Assembly: GCA_029261065.1 (NCBI GenBank)
Contig: JAJDCB010000019.1
Coordinates: 11,659-75,658 of the forward strand
Direction: 5' to 3'
DNA: 64,000 nucleotides
DNA from: Candidatus Omnitrophota bacterium
Lineage (GTDB): Bacteria; Omnitrophota; Gorgyraeia; Zapsychrales; Zapsychraceae
Made by a program: the position numbers and the translations under genes. Under the pieces are notes generated by a model that was not told the DNA's origin, made no database searches, and saw only the letters and a program-made list of their open reading frames with translations. This document shows positions 38,384 to 48,905 of the stretch, piece after piece; within the stretch, counting starts at the first letter, position 1; each line of letters opens with the position of its first letter.

Positions 38384-39364
38384 TTATTCTTTCTTTTTCA
38401 ACTTCTTTAAATCAACTTTCATGCCTAGGTGTATACCCATGACTTTAAGAAGGTCGTTAATTTCCGTAAGTGATTTCTTTCCAAAATTTCTAAAGGTAAG
38501 AAGTTCTGACTCAGTCTTTCTTACTAATTCAGAAATTGTTTTAATATTAGCATCTTTTAGACAGTTAGCACTTCTTACAGATAGTTCTAATTCTGAAATT
38601 GGTAGACGAAGCTTTTCATATAAGGCTTGTTCCTCAATAGAAATCTCTTCTTCTTCCTCTGGTAACTGACCGTAACTGACAAAAACGTCTAAATGCCTTT
38701 GAAGAATATTAGCTCCATAAAGCATTGCTTCTTTTGGACTCACACCACCATTTGTCGTAATCTCAACAACCAACCGATCGTAATCCGTTCTTTGACCAAC
38801 ACGTGTATTTTCAACACCAAAAGTGACTTTAGTAATTGGCGTAAAAATAGAGTCAATTGCAATTGAGTTAACAATATTATCTTTTTTGTTTAAATCAGAA
38901 GGAACATATCCTCTACCTCTTGAAACTTCCATTTCCGCGTAAAAATGAGTATCACGAGAAAGGGTAGCAATATGCAAGTCGGGATTTAAAACTTCAACCG
39001 TTTCATCACAAATAATATCAGCGGCTTTTATCTCACCCTTCTTTTCTGCTTTGATATATATAGATTTTGAGACTTTCGAATGTGAACGAACAACCAACTT
39101 TTTCAAATTCAGGATAATTTCAGATACAGACTCAATAATCCCTGGCAACGTCGAATATTCGTGTTTAGCCCCATCAATTTTAACAGAAGTTACAGCACTA
39201 CCTTCAATAGAAGACAACAAAATCCGTCTTAAGGAGTTTCCTAATGTGACACCATAACCTTTTTCAAAAGGCTCAGCTATAAATTTGCCATACGTTTCTG
39301 TATAACTTGTTTCATCACAATCTAGCCTCTTAGGCATCTGAAAATCACGCCATTTAACTCCCAT
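38384..39364 (-). CDS. rpoA: RNA polymerase alpha subunit
   Basis: EPFEKGYGVTLGNSLRRILLSS, ELSVRSANCL, NFGKKSL. Confidence 0.98.
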   Translation of the reverse strand: MGVKWRDFQMPKRLDCDETSYTETYGKFIAEPFEKGYGVTLGNSLRRILLSSIEGSAVTSVKIDGAKHEYSTLPGIIESVSEIILNLKKLVVRSHSKVSKSIYIKAEKKGEIKAADIICDETVEVLNPDLHIATLSRDTHFYAEMEVSRGRGYVPSDLNKKDNIVNSIAIDSIFTPITKVTFGVENTRVGQRTDYDRLVVEITTNGGVSPKEAMLYGANILQRHLDVFVSYGQLPEEEEEISIEEQALYEKLRLPISELELSVRSANCLKDANIKTISELVRKTESELLTFRNFGKKSLTEINDLLKVMGIHLGMKVDLKKLKKKE

Positions 39365-39488
39365 ACTCTCCTCCTAATTTACATTTGATATAAAAGTTAT
39401 CCGGTATTAATTTCTCCGAAAAACTTCTGCACAAACTTTGTAAGTTTATGAACATCTAAGAAACATATATAAGTATACCGCTAACTTT

Positions 39489-40118
39489 TTATCGACTATA
39501 AAGCTCGACGATCAACTGTTCGTTTACAGGAAAACCAATATCTTCCCTTTCAGGCAATCGTTTAACTTTTGCTTTGAAATGAGCATGATCAACATCAAGC
39601 CATTCAGGTACTGTACGATCTTTATTCGCTTCAATATTATCAGTTACTGTCTTTTCACCTTTTTTCTTAAACGTCAATTTAATTTCATCATCTTGTTTAA
39701 CCAAAAATGATGGAATATTAACACGTTGATCATTAACGTAAACATAACAATGACCTACAAGCTGGCGAGCAGCGCGTCTAGACGTACAAAAACCTAACTG
39801 AAAAATAACATTATCTAATCGACGTTCCAAAAACTGTAAAAGAGTTGTTCCTGCATTCCCCTTTTTTCTTACAGCTTTTGCAAAATAAAGACGAAATTGT
39901 TTTTCGTACAAGCCATAAATTCTTTTTACTTTTTGCTTTTCTCTAAGCTGAAGACCGTAGTTAGACATTTTCTGCCGTCTAGAATTTCCATGCTGACCTG
40001 GAGGATATTCTCTTCGATCAAAGGCACATCGATGCGTATTACAACGCGTTCCTTTCAAAAAAAGCTTCTCACCTTCTCTTCGACATAACCTGCAAACTGA
40101 ACCAACGTATTTTCCCAT
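39489..40118 (-). CDS. rpsD: 30S ribosomal protein S4
   Basis: CRLCRREGEKLFLKG, EKQK, LERRLDN, VELYSR; start at ATG 40118. Confidence 0.97.
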   Translation of the reverse strand: MGKYVGSVCRLCRREGEKLFLKGTRCNTHRCAFDRREYPPGQHGNSRRQKMSNYGLQLREKQKVKRIYGLYEKQFRLYFAKAVRKKGNAGTTLLQFLERRLDNVIFQLGFCTSRRAARQLVGHCYVYVNDQRVNIPSFLVKQDDEIKLTFKKKGEKTVTDNIEANKDRTVPEWLDVDHAHFKAKVKRLPEREDIGFPVNEQLIVELYSR

Positions 40119-40138
40119 AACGCTTAAGCTCCTTCCCT

Positions 40139-40561
40139 CTAGACTCTTCTTTTCTTTCTTGGCCGACAACCATTATGCGGCAAAGGTGTAATATCTTTAA
40201 TTGAAGTGACAAGCAAACCATTGGATTGAATGGCTCTTATCGCAGATTCTCGTCCAGATCCTGGTCCCTTGACTAATACTTCAACTGTTTTAAGACCAAG
40301 ACTTTTTGCTTTTTGAGCTGCATTAGAGGCTGCAACTTGAGCGGCAAAAGGTGTGGACTTCTTAGAACCATTAAAACCAACAACTCCAGGTGTTGCCCAA
40401 ACAATGACATTACCTTGGCTATCCGAAATAGTGATAATTGTATTATTAAAAGTCGCTTTGATATGCACGACGCCTGAGGTAATCCCTTTAAGCGCTTTCT
40501 TTTTAGATTTCTCTTTTTTCTTTTGCTGTGCTTTTTCTTTTGCTTTCACTTGTTTTGCCAT
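40139..40561 (-). CDS. rpsK: 30S ribosomal protein S11
   Basis: ATFNNT, KSTPFAA, GPGSGRE, PHNGCRP. Confidence 0.98.
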   Translation of the reverse strand: MAKQVKAKEKAQQKKKEKSKKKALKGITSGVVHIKATFNNTIITISDSQGNVIVWATPGVVGFNGSKKSTPFAAQVAASNAAQKAKSLGLKTVEVLVKGPGSGRESAIRAIQSNGLLVTSIKDITPLPHNGCRPRKKRRV

Positions 40562-40590
40562 GACTTATTATTCCTTTATGAAAAAAAAAT

Positions 40591-40959
40591 TTACTTTCGT
40601 TTGCCGCCTACACTTGGCTTTCTTCCCTTACGTGTTCGTGAGTTTGTTTTAGTGCGCTGACCTCGAACCGGTAAAGCTTTTCGATGTCTTAACCCTCGAT
40701 ATACTCCAATATCCATTAATCTTCTAACATTTTGAGTTACATCTCTACGCAAATCACCTTCCGTTATGTAATTACTTTGAATGATAGATGTGATTTTTGC
40801 AATCTCATCATCACTTAAATCTTTTGCTCGACGATTTCCATCAATATTAACTAGCGTTAATATCTTTTGAGAAGAAGTCAAACCTATCCCATATATATAT
40901 CGTAACGAAGCTTCAATTCTTTTATCATGTGGAATATCCACACCTAATATTCTTGGCAT
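40591..40959 (-). CDS. rpsM: 30S ribosomal protein S13
   Basis: [24 protein letters not shown]. Confidence 0.98.
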   Translation of the reverse strand: MPRILGVDIPHDKRIEASLRYIYGIGLTSSQKILTLVNIDGNRRAKDLSDDEIAKITSIIQSNYITEGDLRRDVTQNVRRLMDIGVYRGLRHRKALPVRGQRTKTNSRTRKGRKPSVGGKRK

Positions 40960-40963
40960 AACA

Positions 40964-41077
40964 CTATCCTTGTTTTTGTTTATGTTTTGGGTTGGAACAA
41001 ATAACCCTTACAACACCTTTTCGTCTGACAATTTTACAATTGCCACAAATTCTTTTAACTGATGATTTAACTTTCAT
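40964..41077 (-). CDS. rpmJ: 50S ribosomal protein L36 (zinc-binding form)
   Basis: Not in ORF track; [37 protein letters not shown]. Confidence 0.97.
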   Translation of the reverse strand: MKVKSSVKRICGNCKIVRRKGVVRVICSNPKHKQKQG

Positions 41078-41123
41078 AAAAACTCCTTAAACTTCTAAAA
41101 TACTTTAAACTTGAAACGCCTAA

Positions 41124-41885
41124 CTACAACTTCGTTAAAATTTCTGGTCCAGCTTTTGTTATCGCAACACAATGTTCAAAATGTGCAGATGATTTCCCAT
41201 CTTGAGTAACAACTGTCCAACCATCCTTCAATATCTTTGTTTGCCAAGTTCCTAAATTCACCATTGGTTCTATGGCAAGCACCATACCTTCTTTTAAAAC
41301 TGGGCCTTGATGCGGTTGTCCAAAATTAGGAATTTCAGGATCTTCATGTAAATTTTTTCCTATCCCGTGTCCTACAAACTCGCGAACAATGGTGTAGTTG
41401 TGTGACTCAACATATTTTTGAATGGCATGAGAAATATCTGAAAGATGATTATCAATGACCGCTTCTTCTATCCCTAGCATTAAAGACTTTTCAGTAACTT
41501 CTAGAAGTTTGTTTAATTGAGGATCGATTTGACCAATTGGTAACGTGACAGCCGTATCAGAATAATACTCTTTATAAATTATTCCAACATCTAAGCTGAG
41601 AATGTCACCCTCATTTAATACCCTTTTAGAAGGAATGCCATGAACAACTTCCTCATTAACAGAGACACATGCACATCCAGGAAATCCGCGGTAACCTTTA
41701 AAAGCAGGTATTACCTGATATCCCTTTATAATGTCTTCCGTTATACGGTCCACATCTTTCGTTGTCATTCCAGTTTTTAAAGAACATTGTACTTCGTTGA
41801 TAATCGCTGCTAACTTCTTACCCGCTTCACGCAATATTTGAAGCTCTTCGTCAGTCTTAATAGTAATTGTATTTTTAACGCCCAT
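41124..41885 (-). CDS. map: Methionine aminopeptidase, type I
   Basis: SVNEEVVHGIP, GHGIG..LHEDP, AIEPM, SAHFEH. Confidence 0.97.
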   Translation of the reverse strand: MGVKNTITIKTDEELQILREAGKKLAAIINEVQCSLKTGMTTKDVDRITEDIIKGYQVIPAFKGYRGFPGCACVSVNEEVVHGIPSKRVLNEGDILSLDVGIIYKEYYSDTAVTLPIGQIDPQLNKLLEVTEKSLMLGIEEAVIDNHLSDISHAIQKYVESHNYTIVREFVGHGIGKNLHEDPEIPNFGQPHQGPVLKEGMVLAIEPMVNLGTWQTKILKDGWTVVTQDGKSSAHFEHCVAITKAGPEILTKL

Positions 41886-42525
41886 CGAAAATTTGAGTCA
41901 ACACTCTCTGAAGGTCTTCCGTTTGAGCATCACCGTCAATCTCTTTTAAAATGCCTGAGCCGCGGTAATAATCTGTAATCGGTTTAGTGTTCTTCAGATA
42001 AACATCCATTCGTGTTTTTATTGTTTCTTCGTTATCATCAGCACGCTGATATAGTTCACCACCACACTGGTCACATACTCCCTCTTGTTTCGGAAGCTTA
42101 TTCGTCATATGAAACAACGCCCCACAATTTCGGCACACACGACGACCTGTTAAACGTTTTAGAATGATCGGTAATGATGCTTCAAGATAGATTGCATAAT
42201 CAAGTTCTTTTTCTAACCCTTTTAAAATTCTATTCAAATCTTTGGCTTGTACTTCAGTCCTTGGAAATCCATCAAGCATATAACCTTTATCCAAAGTCGA
42301 ATCGCTCTTTAACTTATTCTCAACCAATCGCGTTACAAGTTCATCCGGTACAAGATCACCACTATCTATAAATTTTTTTGCTTCTAAACCTAAATCTGAT
42401 TCGTTTTTCATCTCTTCGCGCAATAAATCACCCGTTGAAATATGAGCTACTCCCGTTGCAGCTTTAATGGCCATAGCAAGCGACCCTTTTCCTGCCCCAG
42501 GTGGTCCTAAAACAACTAATTTCAT
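41875..42525 (-). CDS. adk: Adenylate kinase (zinc LID)
   Basis: GPPGAGKG, STGD, LDGFPRT, CRNC...CDQC. Confidence 0.97.
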   Translation of the reverse strand: MKLVVLGPPGAGKGSLAMAIKAATGVAHISTGDLLREEMKNESDLGLEAKKFIDSGDLVPDELVTRLVENKLKSDSTLDKGYMLDGFPRTEVQAKDLNRILKGLEKELDYAIYLEASLPIILKRLTGRRVCRNCGALFHMTNKLPKQEGVCDQCGGELYQRADDNEETIKTRMDVYLKNTKPITDYYRGSGILKEIDGDAQTEDLQRVLTQIFDGR

Positions 42526-43868
42526 CGTCTTCCTTTAAGTTGCCCTTGTTTCATAAACCCATCATAGTGTCTCATTAAAAGATGCGATTCAATTTGCTTC
42601 ATGGTATCCAACATAACCCCAACCATAATCAAAACACCTGTGCCACCAAAAAACGATGCCACCAAATACGGAACCTTCATGGCAGCCTGAATGGCATCAG
42701 GCATAACAGCAATGAAACAAATAAAACAAGCACCAGCCAATGTCACACGAACCATAATAAAATCAAGATACTCAGACGTCTGCGTTCCTGGTCTGACACC
42801 AGGAATAAAACCACCATTCTTTTTTAAATCTTCAGCTACTTTAACTGGATCAAAAACAATCGCCGTATAAAAATAACAAAAGAAAATAATTAAAACAGAA
42901 TACAAACCGTAATACAACCAACCACCTCTTGATAAAAATCCAGCCATCTTTTGAAAGCCAGGCGTTGGAATAAAGCTTGCTAACGTTGCCGGAAAAAGAA
43001 TAATGGATTGCGCGAAAATTATAGCAATAACACCCGCCGTATCTACCTTTAAAGGAATATAAGTACTTTGCCCACCGTAAACTTTACGTCCAACCACACG
43101 GCGTGCATATTGCACGGGAATTTTTCTCTGAGCCTGTGTAACCAGAGTTATCCCAATAATAACAGCAATTAAAAAAGCAATCATAATCAACAACGTCAAA
43201 GGTTGTAATTGAGCTCCCCCACCAGCATTAGGAGACATTAACACAATGAGTTGTCTTAAGGCAGCAGGTCCAGCGGCAATAATACCAGCTGTAATGATTA
43301 ATGATATTCCGTTTCCAATGCCTTTTTCCTGAATTTGTTCGCCCAACCACATTAACAATAACGTACCACACGTTAGTGTTAATACCGTCATAAAAACAAA
43401 AGCAGGACCTGGATTGTCAACGATAATCAAGCCTTGAAAAGCTTCTTTACTTTGTAGCCAAAGAGCAACAAAAAACGATTGAACCGCAGCCAAACCTAAC
43501 GTTCCATAACGCGTATACTGATTGATCTTATGATAACCAGTTTGACCTTCTTTAGATAATTTCTCTAAAGCAGGAATAACAGCTGTCAATAACTGCATGA
43601 TAATCGAGGCGGAGATATAAGGCATAATGCCTAACGAAAAAACGGTCATTTTTTCTAACGCTTGACCGGAGAACATATTCATAATTCCAAATATGCTTCC
43701 ATCCGCTGTAGAATTTATCTTTGCAAAATATTCACCCAATTTAGCCCCATTAACACCAGGCGTTGGAATCCAACATCCAACGCGATATGCTGCAATGATG
43801 CCTAATGTGAATATAATCTTTTTCTTTAACTCAGGAATCTTAAAACAATTTGCAAACTGTGCCAGCAT
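42522..43868 (-). CDS. secY: Preprotein translocase SecY
   Basis: LGIMPYISASI, GIGNGISL, FIPGVRPG, GGTG, YDGF. Confidence 0.98.
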   Translation of the reverse strand: MLAQFANCFKIPELKKKIIFTLGIIAAYRVGCWIPTPGVNGAKLGEYFAKINSTADGSIFGIMNMFSGQALEKMTVFSLGIMPYISASIIMQLLTAVIPALEKLSKEGQTGYHKINQYTRYGTLGLAAVQSFFVALWLQSKEAFQGLIIVDNPGPAFVFMTVLTLTCGTLLLMWLGEQIQEKGIGNGISLIITAGIIAAGPAALRQLIVLMSPNAGGGAQLQPLTLLIMIAFLIAVIIGITLVTQAQRKIPVQYARRVVGRKVYGGQSTYIPLKVDTAGVIAIIFAQSIILFPATLASFIPTPGFQKMAGFLSRGGWLYYGLYSVLIIFFCYFYTAIVFDPVKVAEDLKKNGGFIPGVRPGTQTSEYLDFIMVRVTLAGACFICFIAVMPDAIQAAMKVPYLVASFFGGTGVLIMVGVMLDTMKQIESHLLMRHYDGFMKQGQLKGRR

Positions 43869-43871
43869 GTT

Positions 43872-44339
43872 TTATGTCTCCACCTTTTTCATAGAGCGAG
43901 CAACAACTTCAACCTTACCACCAGCAGCCTCAATTTTCTTTTGAGCTTCTTTGGAGATACTTTCTACATGAACATCAAGAGAAACCTTAATTTCTCCTTT
44001 ACCTAAAATTTTATGTGGTTTATTTAAACTTGAAATAAGTCCCTGTTGTTTTAACGTTTCCGCATTAACAGTACTACCCTTTTCAAATTTATTTAAACTT
44101 TGAACATTAACAACCTGATTAAGAATAGGACGATGACTGCGAAACCCTACTTTTGGGAGTCTTCGAATAAGAGGCATTTGTCCCCCCTCAGATCCGCCTA
44201 CAACCCAACGACCACTACGAGATCTTTGTCCATTTTCTCCGCGACCACTTGTCTTTCCCCGTCCAGACCCTCTTCCTCGCCCAACAATTCTTTTTTTCTT
44301 TCTTGAGCCTTTAGGAGATTTTATTTCATGAAGTTCCAT
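43872..44339 (-). CDS. rplO: 50S ribosomal protein L15
   Basis: GRGRGSGRGKTSGRG, EGGQMPL.RRLPK. Confidence 0.97.
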   Translation of the reverse strand: MELHEIKSPKGSRKKKRIVGRGRGSGRGKTSGRGENGQRSRSGRWVVGGSEGGQMPLIRRLPKVGFRSHRPILNQVVNVQSLNKFEKGSTVNAETLKQQGLISSLNKPHKILGKGEIKVSLDVHVESISKEAQKKIEAAGGKVEVVARSMKKVET

Positions 44340-44351
44340 TATGCACCTAAT

Positions 44352-45086
44352 TTAAAATTTTAATCGACTTAAACCATCAATAGCTGCTTTAACAACATTA
44401 ATAGGGTTATTTGATCGATGACATTTAGTTAAAATATTGTGTATTCCCGCACCATCACATACGGCACGTACAGGACCAGAGGCAATAACACCAGTACCAT
44501 CAGAAGCTGGCTTTAATAAAACTCTTGCCCCTCCACATTGTCCAATAATTTCATGTGTAATCGTTGTTCCCTTCATTGGCACACTAACCATATTCTTTTT
44601 GGCAACAGCCATAGCCTTTCTAATCGCAACAGCAACTTCCGCAGCTTTACACAAACTATATCCAACTTTTCCTTTTGTATCACCCACAACAACTAAAGCA
44701 CTAAAAGAGAGCTTCTTTCCACCTTTTGTAACCTTTGTGATGCGATTGATAGAAATAACCTTTTCTATATATTCAGAATTTTCGTCTCGTCCTTGAGAAG
44801 AGTTACCTTTATACTGTGATTTCCTTGAATCTTTGCCACGCCCTTTCTTTTTATCTTCGACACTGGCTTCTTTACTATCTTGCACTTTTACCGGCTCAGT
44901 TGATTGAGCTTCTTTTTTGACGTCATCAACTGTTTTTTTCTCTGATTGGACTTCTTCTTTGACATCATCAGCTGGTTTTTTTTCTGATTGTACTTCTTTT
45001 TTGACGTCATCAGCTGGTTTTTTCTCTAATTGAGCTTCTTTTTTGACGTCTTCTACTGGTTTTTTCTCTTCTTTTGATTCTTCCAT
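44352..45086 (-). CDS. rpsE: 30S ribosomal protein S5 with repetitive N-terminal extension
   Basis: [28 protein letters not shown]; start moved to ATG 45086, 4 nt after the rplR stop. Confidence 0.93.
   Translation of the reverse strand: MEESKEEKKPVEDVKKEAQLEKKPADDVKKEVQSEKKPADDVKEEVQSEKKTVDDVKKEAQSTEPVKVQDSKEASVEDKKKGRGKDSRKSQYKGNSSQGRDENSEYIEKVISINRITKVTKGGKKLSFSALVVVGDTKGKVGYSLCKAAEVAVAIRKAMAVAKKNMVSVPMKGTTITHEIIGQCGGARVLLKPASDGTGVIASGPVRAVCDGAGIHNILTKCHRSNNPINVVKAAIDGLSRLKF
44901..45068 (-). repeat. Four 42-nt coding tandem repeats in rpsE
   Basis: Units start at 44901, 44943, 44985 and 45027; encode EKK(P/T)(A/V)(D/E)DVK(K/E)E(A/V)Q(S/L). Confidence 0.92.
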
Positions 45087-45090
45087 ATTC

Positions 45091-45459
45091 TTAGAACTCC
45101 AGTCCACCTTTTCGCGCTCCATCGGCAAAAGCCTTGATTCGACCATGATAGAGAAAACCTCCACGATCAAAACAAACCTTTGAAATGCCCTTACCCTTGG
45201 CTAGTTCGGCAAACGATTCGCCCAACTTAGTGGCCGCTTCTTTATTTCCATTATTTTTGAGCTGTCCTTTTACATCTTTTGCGAGCGTTGACATCCCCAC
45301 AAGGACTTTTCCCGATACATCATCTATAATCTGTGCTTGAAAATTCTTTAAACTTCTATGTACGCATAACCTTGGCCGTTGAGAGGACCCAATAACTTTT
45401 TTACGAATGCGTTTGTGACGGTATATTCGACTAACTTCTCTAGGATTTACTTTTTTCAT
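45091..45459 (-). CDS. rplR: 50S ribosomal protein L18
   Basis: RPRL.VHRS, FDRGG..YHGR, GGLEF. Confidence 0.97.
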   Translation of the reverse strand: MKKVNPREVSRIYRHKRIRKKVIGSSQRPRLCVHRSLKNFQAQIIDDVSGKVLVGMSTLAKDVKGQLKNNGNKEAATKLGESFAELAKGKGISKVCFDRGGFLYHGRIKAFADGARKGGLEF

Positions 45460-45487
45460 TTTTCTTCTCTAATAAATAAACAGATTT

Positions 45488-46027
45488 TTATTTAGTAACC
45501 GACTTACCTTGCTTTCTTCGAACAACTTCTCCAAGATAACGAATTCCTTTACCCTTATAAGGCTCAGCAGGCTTAAGCCCTCTTATCTGTGCAGCAATAA
45601 GTCCAACCTTCTCTATATCTTCCCCTTCAAGAATAATGGCCGTTTGTGATGGAACAGTTACCTTTACTTCTTTAGGAACTTCAAACTCAACAGGATGACT
45701 AAAACCTAAACTAAATACAATTTTATTCCCTTTTAAAGATGCACGAAAACCAATCCCTTGAATTTCTAATTCTCTTTTATGCCCCTTTGTTATACCCGTT
45801 ACCATATTAGCCAAATGAGCACGCACAGTGCCATGGTTCGACCGATAAATTTTGGCATCAGAGATGCGATTAACATGAAGCATTTCTTCTTTATGCTCCA
45901 CATTAATACCGTGGGGTATATTTAGCTCTAACTTACCCTTTGGCCCCTGCAACGAAACAAGATTCGGTTTAACATCAACCTTGACATCTTTAGGAACTTC
46001 TACTGGTTTTTTTCCTATTCTTGACAT
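45488..46027 (-). CDS. rplF: 50S ribosomal protein L6
   Basis: MSRIGK, LGFSHPV, EPYKGKGI. Confidence 0.98.
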   Translation of the reverse strand: MSRIGKKPVEVPKDVKVDVKPNLVSLQGPKGKLELNIPHGINVEHKEEMLHVNRISDAKIYRSNHGTVRAHLANMVTGITKGHKRELEIQGIGFRASLKGNKIVFSLGFSHPVEFEVPKEVKVTVPSQTAIILEGEDIEKVGLIAAQIRGLKPAEPYKGKGIRYLGEVVRRKQGKSVTK

Positions 46028-46038
46028 TTAATAAATCC

Positions 46039-46434
46039 TTACCATATATAACACAATACTTCGCCGCCTACGTTTAGTTTGCGAGCTTCTCTTTCTGATA
46101 ACACGCCCTTTGATGTAGAAATAACAGCTGTTCCTAAACCATTAATAACTTTAGGTAATGACTTCTTAGTTGAAAATACTCTTAAACCCGGTTTAGATAT
46201 TCTTTTTAAACCAATAACAGCGGGCTTCTTTCCAACATACTTTAGATATATCTTGTAAGTTCCCTGAACGTTCGACTTCATCAACCTAAAATCTTCAACA
46301 TAGCCATCTTTCTTAAAAATTTCTAGTATCTTACCTATTAAAATAGATGCAGGCACATCCACTGATTCTTTCTGAACTAACATCGCATTTCGAATATTTG
46401 TTAAAAAATTACTAATTGGATCATTTAAAGACAT
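46039..46434 (-). CDS. rpsH: 30S ribosomal protein S8
   Basis: DPIS.FLT.IRN, SKPGLR, STSKG, GGE. Confidence 0.97.
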   Translation of the reverse strand: MSLNDPISNFLTNIRNAMLVQKESVDVPASILIGKILEIFKKDGYVEDFRLMKSNVQGTYKIYLKYVGKKPAVIGLKRISKPGLRVFSTKKSLPKVINGLGTAVISTSKGVLSEREARKLNVGGEVLCYIW

Positions 46435-46500
46435 ACATTACCTCAATTTGATTGACTTGATCATCAAACGTTTTTACTTTTTCATAAATAAAACGAGATC

Positions 46501-46686
46501 TTACCAGCTCGCTTTTTTAACCCCTGGAATTTCACCACGCCACGCTAATTCTCGAAAACAAATACGGCACAAACTAAAACGACGTAAAAATCCTTTTGGT
46601 CGTCCACATATTTTGCAACGAGAATACGCTCTTGTTGAGAATTTTGCTTTTCCAGCAGCTTTATTAATTAAACCTTTTTTTGCCAT
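46501..46686 (-). CDS. rpsN: 30S ribosomal protein S14, type Z
   Basis: RCKICGR...CRICFRE...GVKKASW. Confidence 0.97.
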   Translation of the reverse strand: MAKKGLINKAAGKAKFSTRAYSRCKICGRPKGFLRRFSLCRICFRELAWRGEIPGVKKASW

Positions 46687-46692
46687 AATTTT

Positions 46693-47238
46693 TTATCTTT
46701 TTGCAAAAGGCATACCCAATAACCGCAATATTTCTTGAGTCTGCTCTTTAGGACCTCGATTAAAAACAAATGTAATATCCATTCCTTGTGGATGAGCCAA
46801 TTTACCTGGATCGATCTCAGGAAAAATTGCTTGCTCAACGATACCAACTGAAAAATTCCCTCTTTTATCAAATGATTTATTAGACACCCCATTAAAATCG
46901 CGAATCCGCGGTAGTGTTGTATTAACAAATCTATCAATAAACTCATACATACGCGTACGACGAAGAGTCACCTTACATCCAATAGGTAAATCTTCTCTTA
47001 ACTTAAAATTTGAAATAGCTACTTTTGATTTTGTAATAAGCGGTTTTTGACCTGCTATTTTAGTTAAATCTTTAACAGCACTATCAAGAACTTTCATATC
47101 TCCAATAGCTTTACCAACACCCATATTGATGACAACCTTTTGTAGCCTTGGAATTGCCATGACATTTTTAATGGCAAACTTCTCTTTTACAACTTTAACT
47201 ATCTCATCTTCATATTTTTTTTGTAATGTCGGAAGCAT
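46693..47238 (-). CDS. rplE: 50S ribosomal protein L5
   Basis: KVVINMGVG, GQKP, GCKVTLR, PRIRDF.G; start at ATG 47238. Confidence 0.97.
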   Translation of the reverse strand: MLPTLQKKYEDEIVKVVKEKFAIKNVMAIPRLQKVVINMGVGKAIGDMKVLDSAVKDLTKIAGQKPLITKSKVAISNFKLREDLPIGCKVTLRRTRMYEFIDRFVNTTLPRIRDFNGVSNKSFDKRGNFSVGIVEQAIFPEIDPGKLAHPQGMDITFVFNRGPKEQTQEILRLLGMPFAKR

Positions 47239-47239
47239 T

Positions 47240-47551
47240 TTATAAAACCTCACCACTTGCTTTACTAACTCGAACCTTAGCTCCATCTTTTAATACAGAA
47301 ACGCCAAAACGAGTCGGTTTATTATTCTTTTTATCAGCTAACATTAAATTCGAGAGATGAATAGCAGCTTCAATCTCAATAAAACCACCTTGTTGGTCTT
47401 GCTGTGTTTTACGCTTAGCTTTTTTAACAAAATTAATATTTTCTATAATCGCGCGTTGTTTTTTAGGAAACACAGCCAATACTTTGCCCTGCTTGCCTTT
47501 ATCTTTGCCAGCAATAACTATAACTTGATCATTTTTCTTAATGTGTAACAT
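47240..47551 (-). CDS. rplX: 50S ribosomal protein L24
   Basis: D.V.VIAGKDKGKQG, EAAIHLSN. Confidence 0.97.
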   Translation of the reverse strand: MLHIKKNDQVIVIAGKDKGKQGKVLAVFPKKQRAIIENINFVKKAKRKTQQDQQGGFIEIEAAIHLSNLMLADKKNNKPTRFGVSVLKDGAKVRVSKASGEVL

Positions 47552-47920
47552 TTATACAACCTCGGGTGCTAATGAAATAATTTTCATGTAATCCATATTT
47601 CTTAATTCTCGAGCGACTGGTCCAAATACGCGCGTTCCTCTAGGGTTTCCAGCATCATCAATAATAACAACCGCATTAGAATCAAAACGAACATACGTGC
47701 CATCACTACGACGAATGGGTGATTTTGTTCGAACGATAATAGCTTTAGCCAAATCACCTTTTTTGACAGCAGCATCAGGAGAGGACTCTTTAATATTAAC
47801 TCTAATAATATCCCCAATACGCCCGCAACGTCTTCCTTTGGCGCCCAAAACGCTGATCATTGAAGCCTTTCTGGCTCCGGAATTATCTGCAACTTGTAAT
47901 ACTGATTTCATATATATCAT
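47552..47920 (-). CDS. rplN: 50S ribosomal protein L14
   Basis: [25 protein letters not shown]. Confidence 0.98.
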   Translation of the reverse strand: MIYMKSVLQVADNSGARKASMISVLGAKGRRCGRIGDIIRVNIKESSPDAAVKKGDLAKAIIVRTKSPIRRSDGTYVRFDSNAVVIIDDAGNPRGTRVFGPVARELRNMDYMKIISLAPEVV

Positions 47921-48204
47921 ACGACGCTCTTATCACCTTTCACAATATTGTGAATAGTCCATCTTTTATCTTTAGAGAGAGGTCTAGTTTCCATAATTTG
48001 AACAACATCCCCTGTTTTAGATTCATTCTTTTCATCATGCGCTTTATACTTTGTTGCGCGTCTCTCAACCTTATCATATTTAGAATGCTTAGATGCCCAC
48101 TTCACTTGAACAACGCGTGTTTTATTCATCTTGTCACTAACAACTGTTCCTTGAAGTAATTTTCGTCTTGAGTCTCTTTGTGATTTTTGTTCTTCAGCCG
48201 CCAT
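47917..48204 (-). CDS. rpsQ: 30S ribosomal protein S17
   Basis: [24 protein letters not shown]. Confidence 0.97.
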   Translation of the reverse strand: MAAEEQKSQRDSRRKLLQGTVVSDKMNKTRVVQVKWASKHSKYDKVERRATKYKAHDEKNESKTGDVVQIMETRPLSKDKRWTIHNIVKGDKSVV

Positions 48205-48232
48205 GATAATCCTTTTCTATTCTTACCAATGT

Positions 48233-48448
48233 CTACTTGGTTGCGTTTTTATTTTTTTCCGCTATTTCGTTTTCTCTTGCAATTGTCAAAATACGAGCGA
48301 TATTTCTTTTTAATAATCGAAATCGTGATGGTTTCTCAACTTGCCCCATTTTACGTTGATAACTAAGATCAAATAATTCTTTCTTAAAAGCTTTTTCTTT
48401 TTGAATCAAATCATCAGCGCTTAATTGTCTAAATTGTTCTTTTTTCAT
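48233..48448 (-). CDS. rpmC: 50S ribosomal protein L29
   Basis: ELFDL, KRNIARILT; position in the S10 operon. Confidence 0.93.
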   Translation of the reverse strand: MKKEQFRQLSADDLIQKEKAFKKELFDLSYQRKMGQVEKPSRFRLLKRNIARILTIARENEIAEKNKNATK

Positions 48449-48470
48449 AATATTCTACCAAACTTTCAAA

Positions 48471-48887
48471 TTACAGATTGGACCTTGTAACAAATTTACA
48501 TTTTACAGGCAGCTTAAATGCTACTAATCGAAAAATCATTTTTGCGAAATCTTCTGGTACCCCGCTTAACTCAAATATTACTTTTCCTCTTCTCACAGGA
48601 CACATCCAGTGGTCAAGATCACCTTTTCCTTTTCCCATTCGTGTTTCAGCAGGTTTTTTAGAAACAGGCTTCCAAGGAAAAACGTTGACCCAAAGCTTAC
48701 CAGCACCCTTCGTCTTTCTTGCAACAACTATACGACACGCTTCCATATGATTTGCTCGGATAATACCATTCTCAAGAGTCTTTATTCCATATTCTCCAAA
48801 GTGAAGTTTATGCCCTAAGGTTGCAAGACCACGCAACTTTCCTTTTTGAGATTTTCTAAACTTTACTTTTCTAGGCATTAAAAGCAT
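48471..48887 (-). CDS. rplP: 50S ribosomal protein L16
   Basis: P.KVKFRK, KPAETRMGKGKG, KLP. Confidence 0.97.
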   Translation of the reverse strand: MLLMPRKVKFRKSQKGKLRGLATLGHKLHFGEYGIKTLENGIIRANHMEACRIVVARKTKGAGKLWVNVFPWKPVSKKPAETRMGKGKGDLDHWMCPVRRGKVIFELSGVPEDFAKMIFRLVAFKLPVKCKFVTRSNL

Positions 48888-48905
48888 AATATCTTTCCTT
48901 TTATG

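Noticed and set aside
36605-47286. Long N-terminal extensions of aspC, rpsD, rpsE and rplE in the ORF track (also efp, rpsS and the PilZ gene)
   Set aside because: Longest-ORF artefacts overlapping upstream genes or promoters; downstream starts fit family N-termini and RBS positions.
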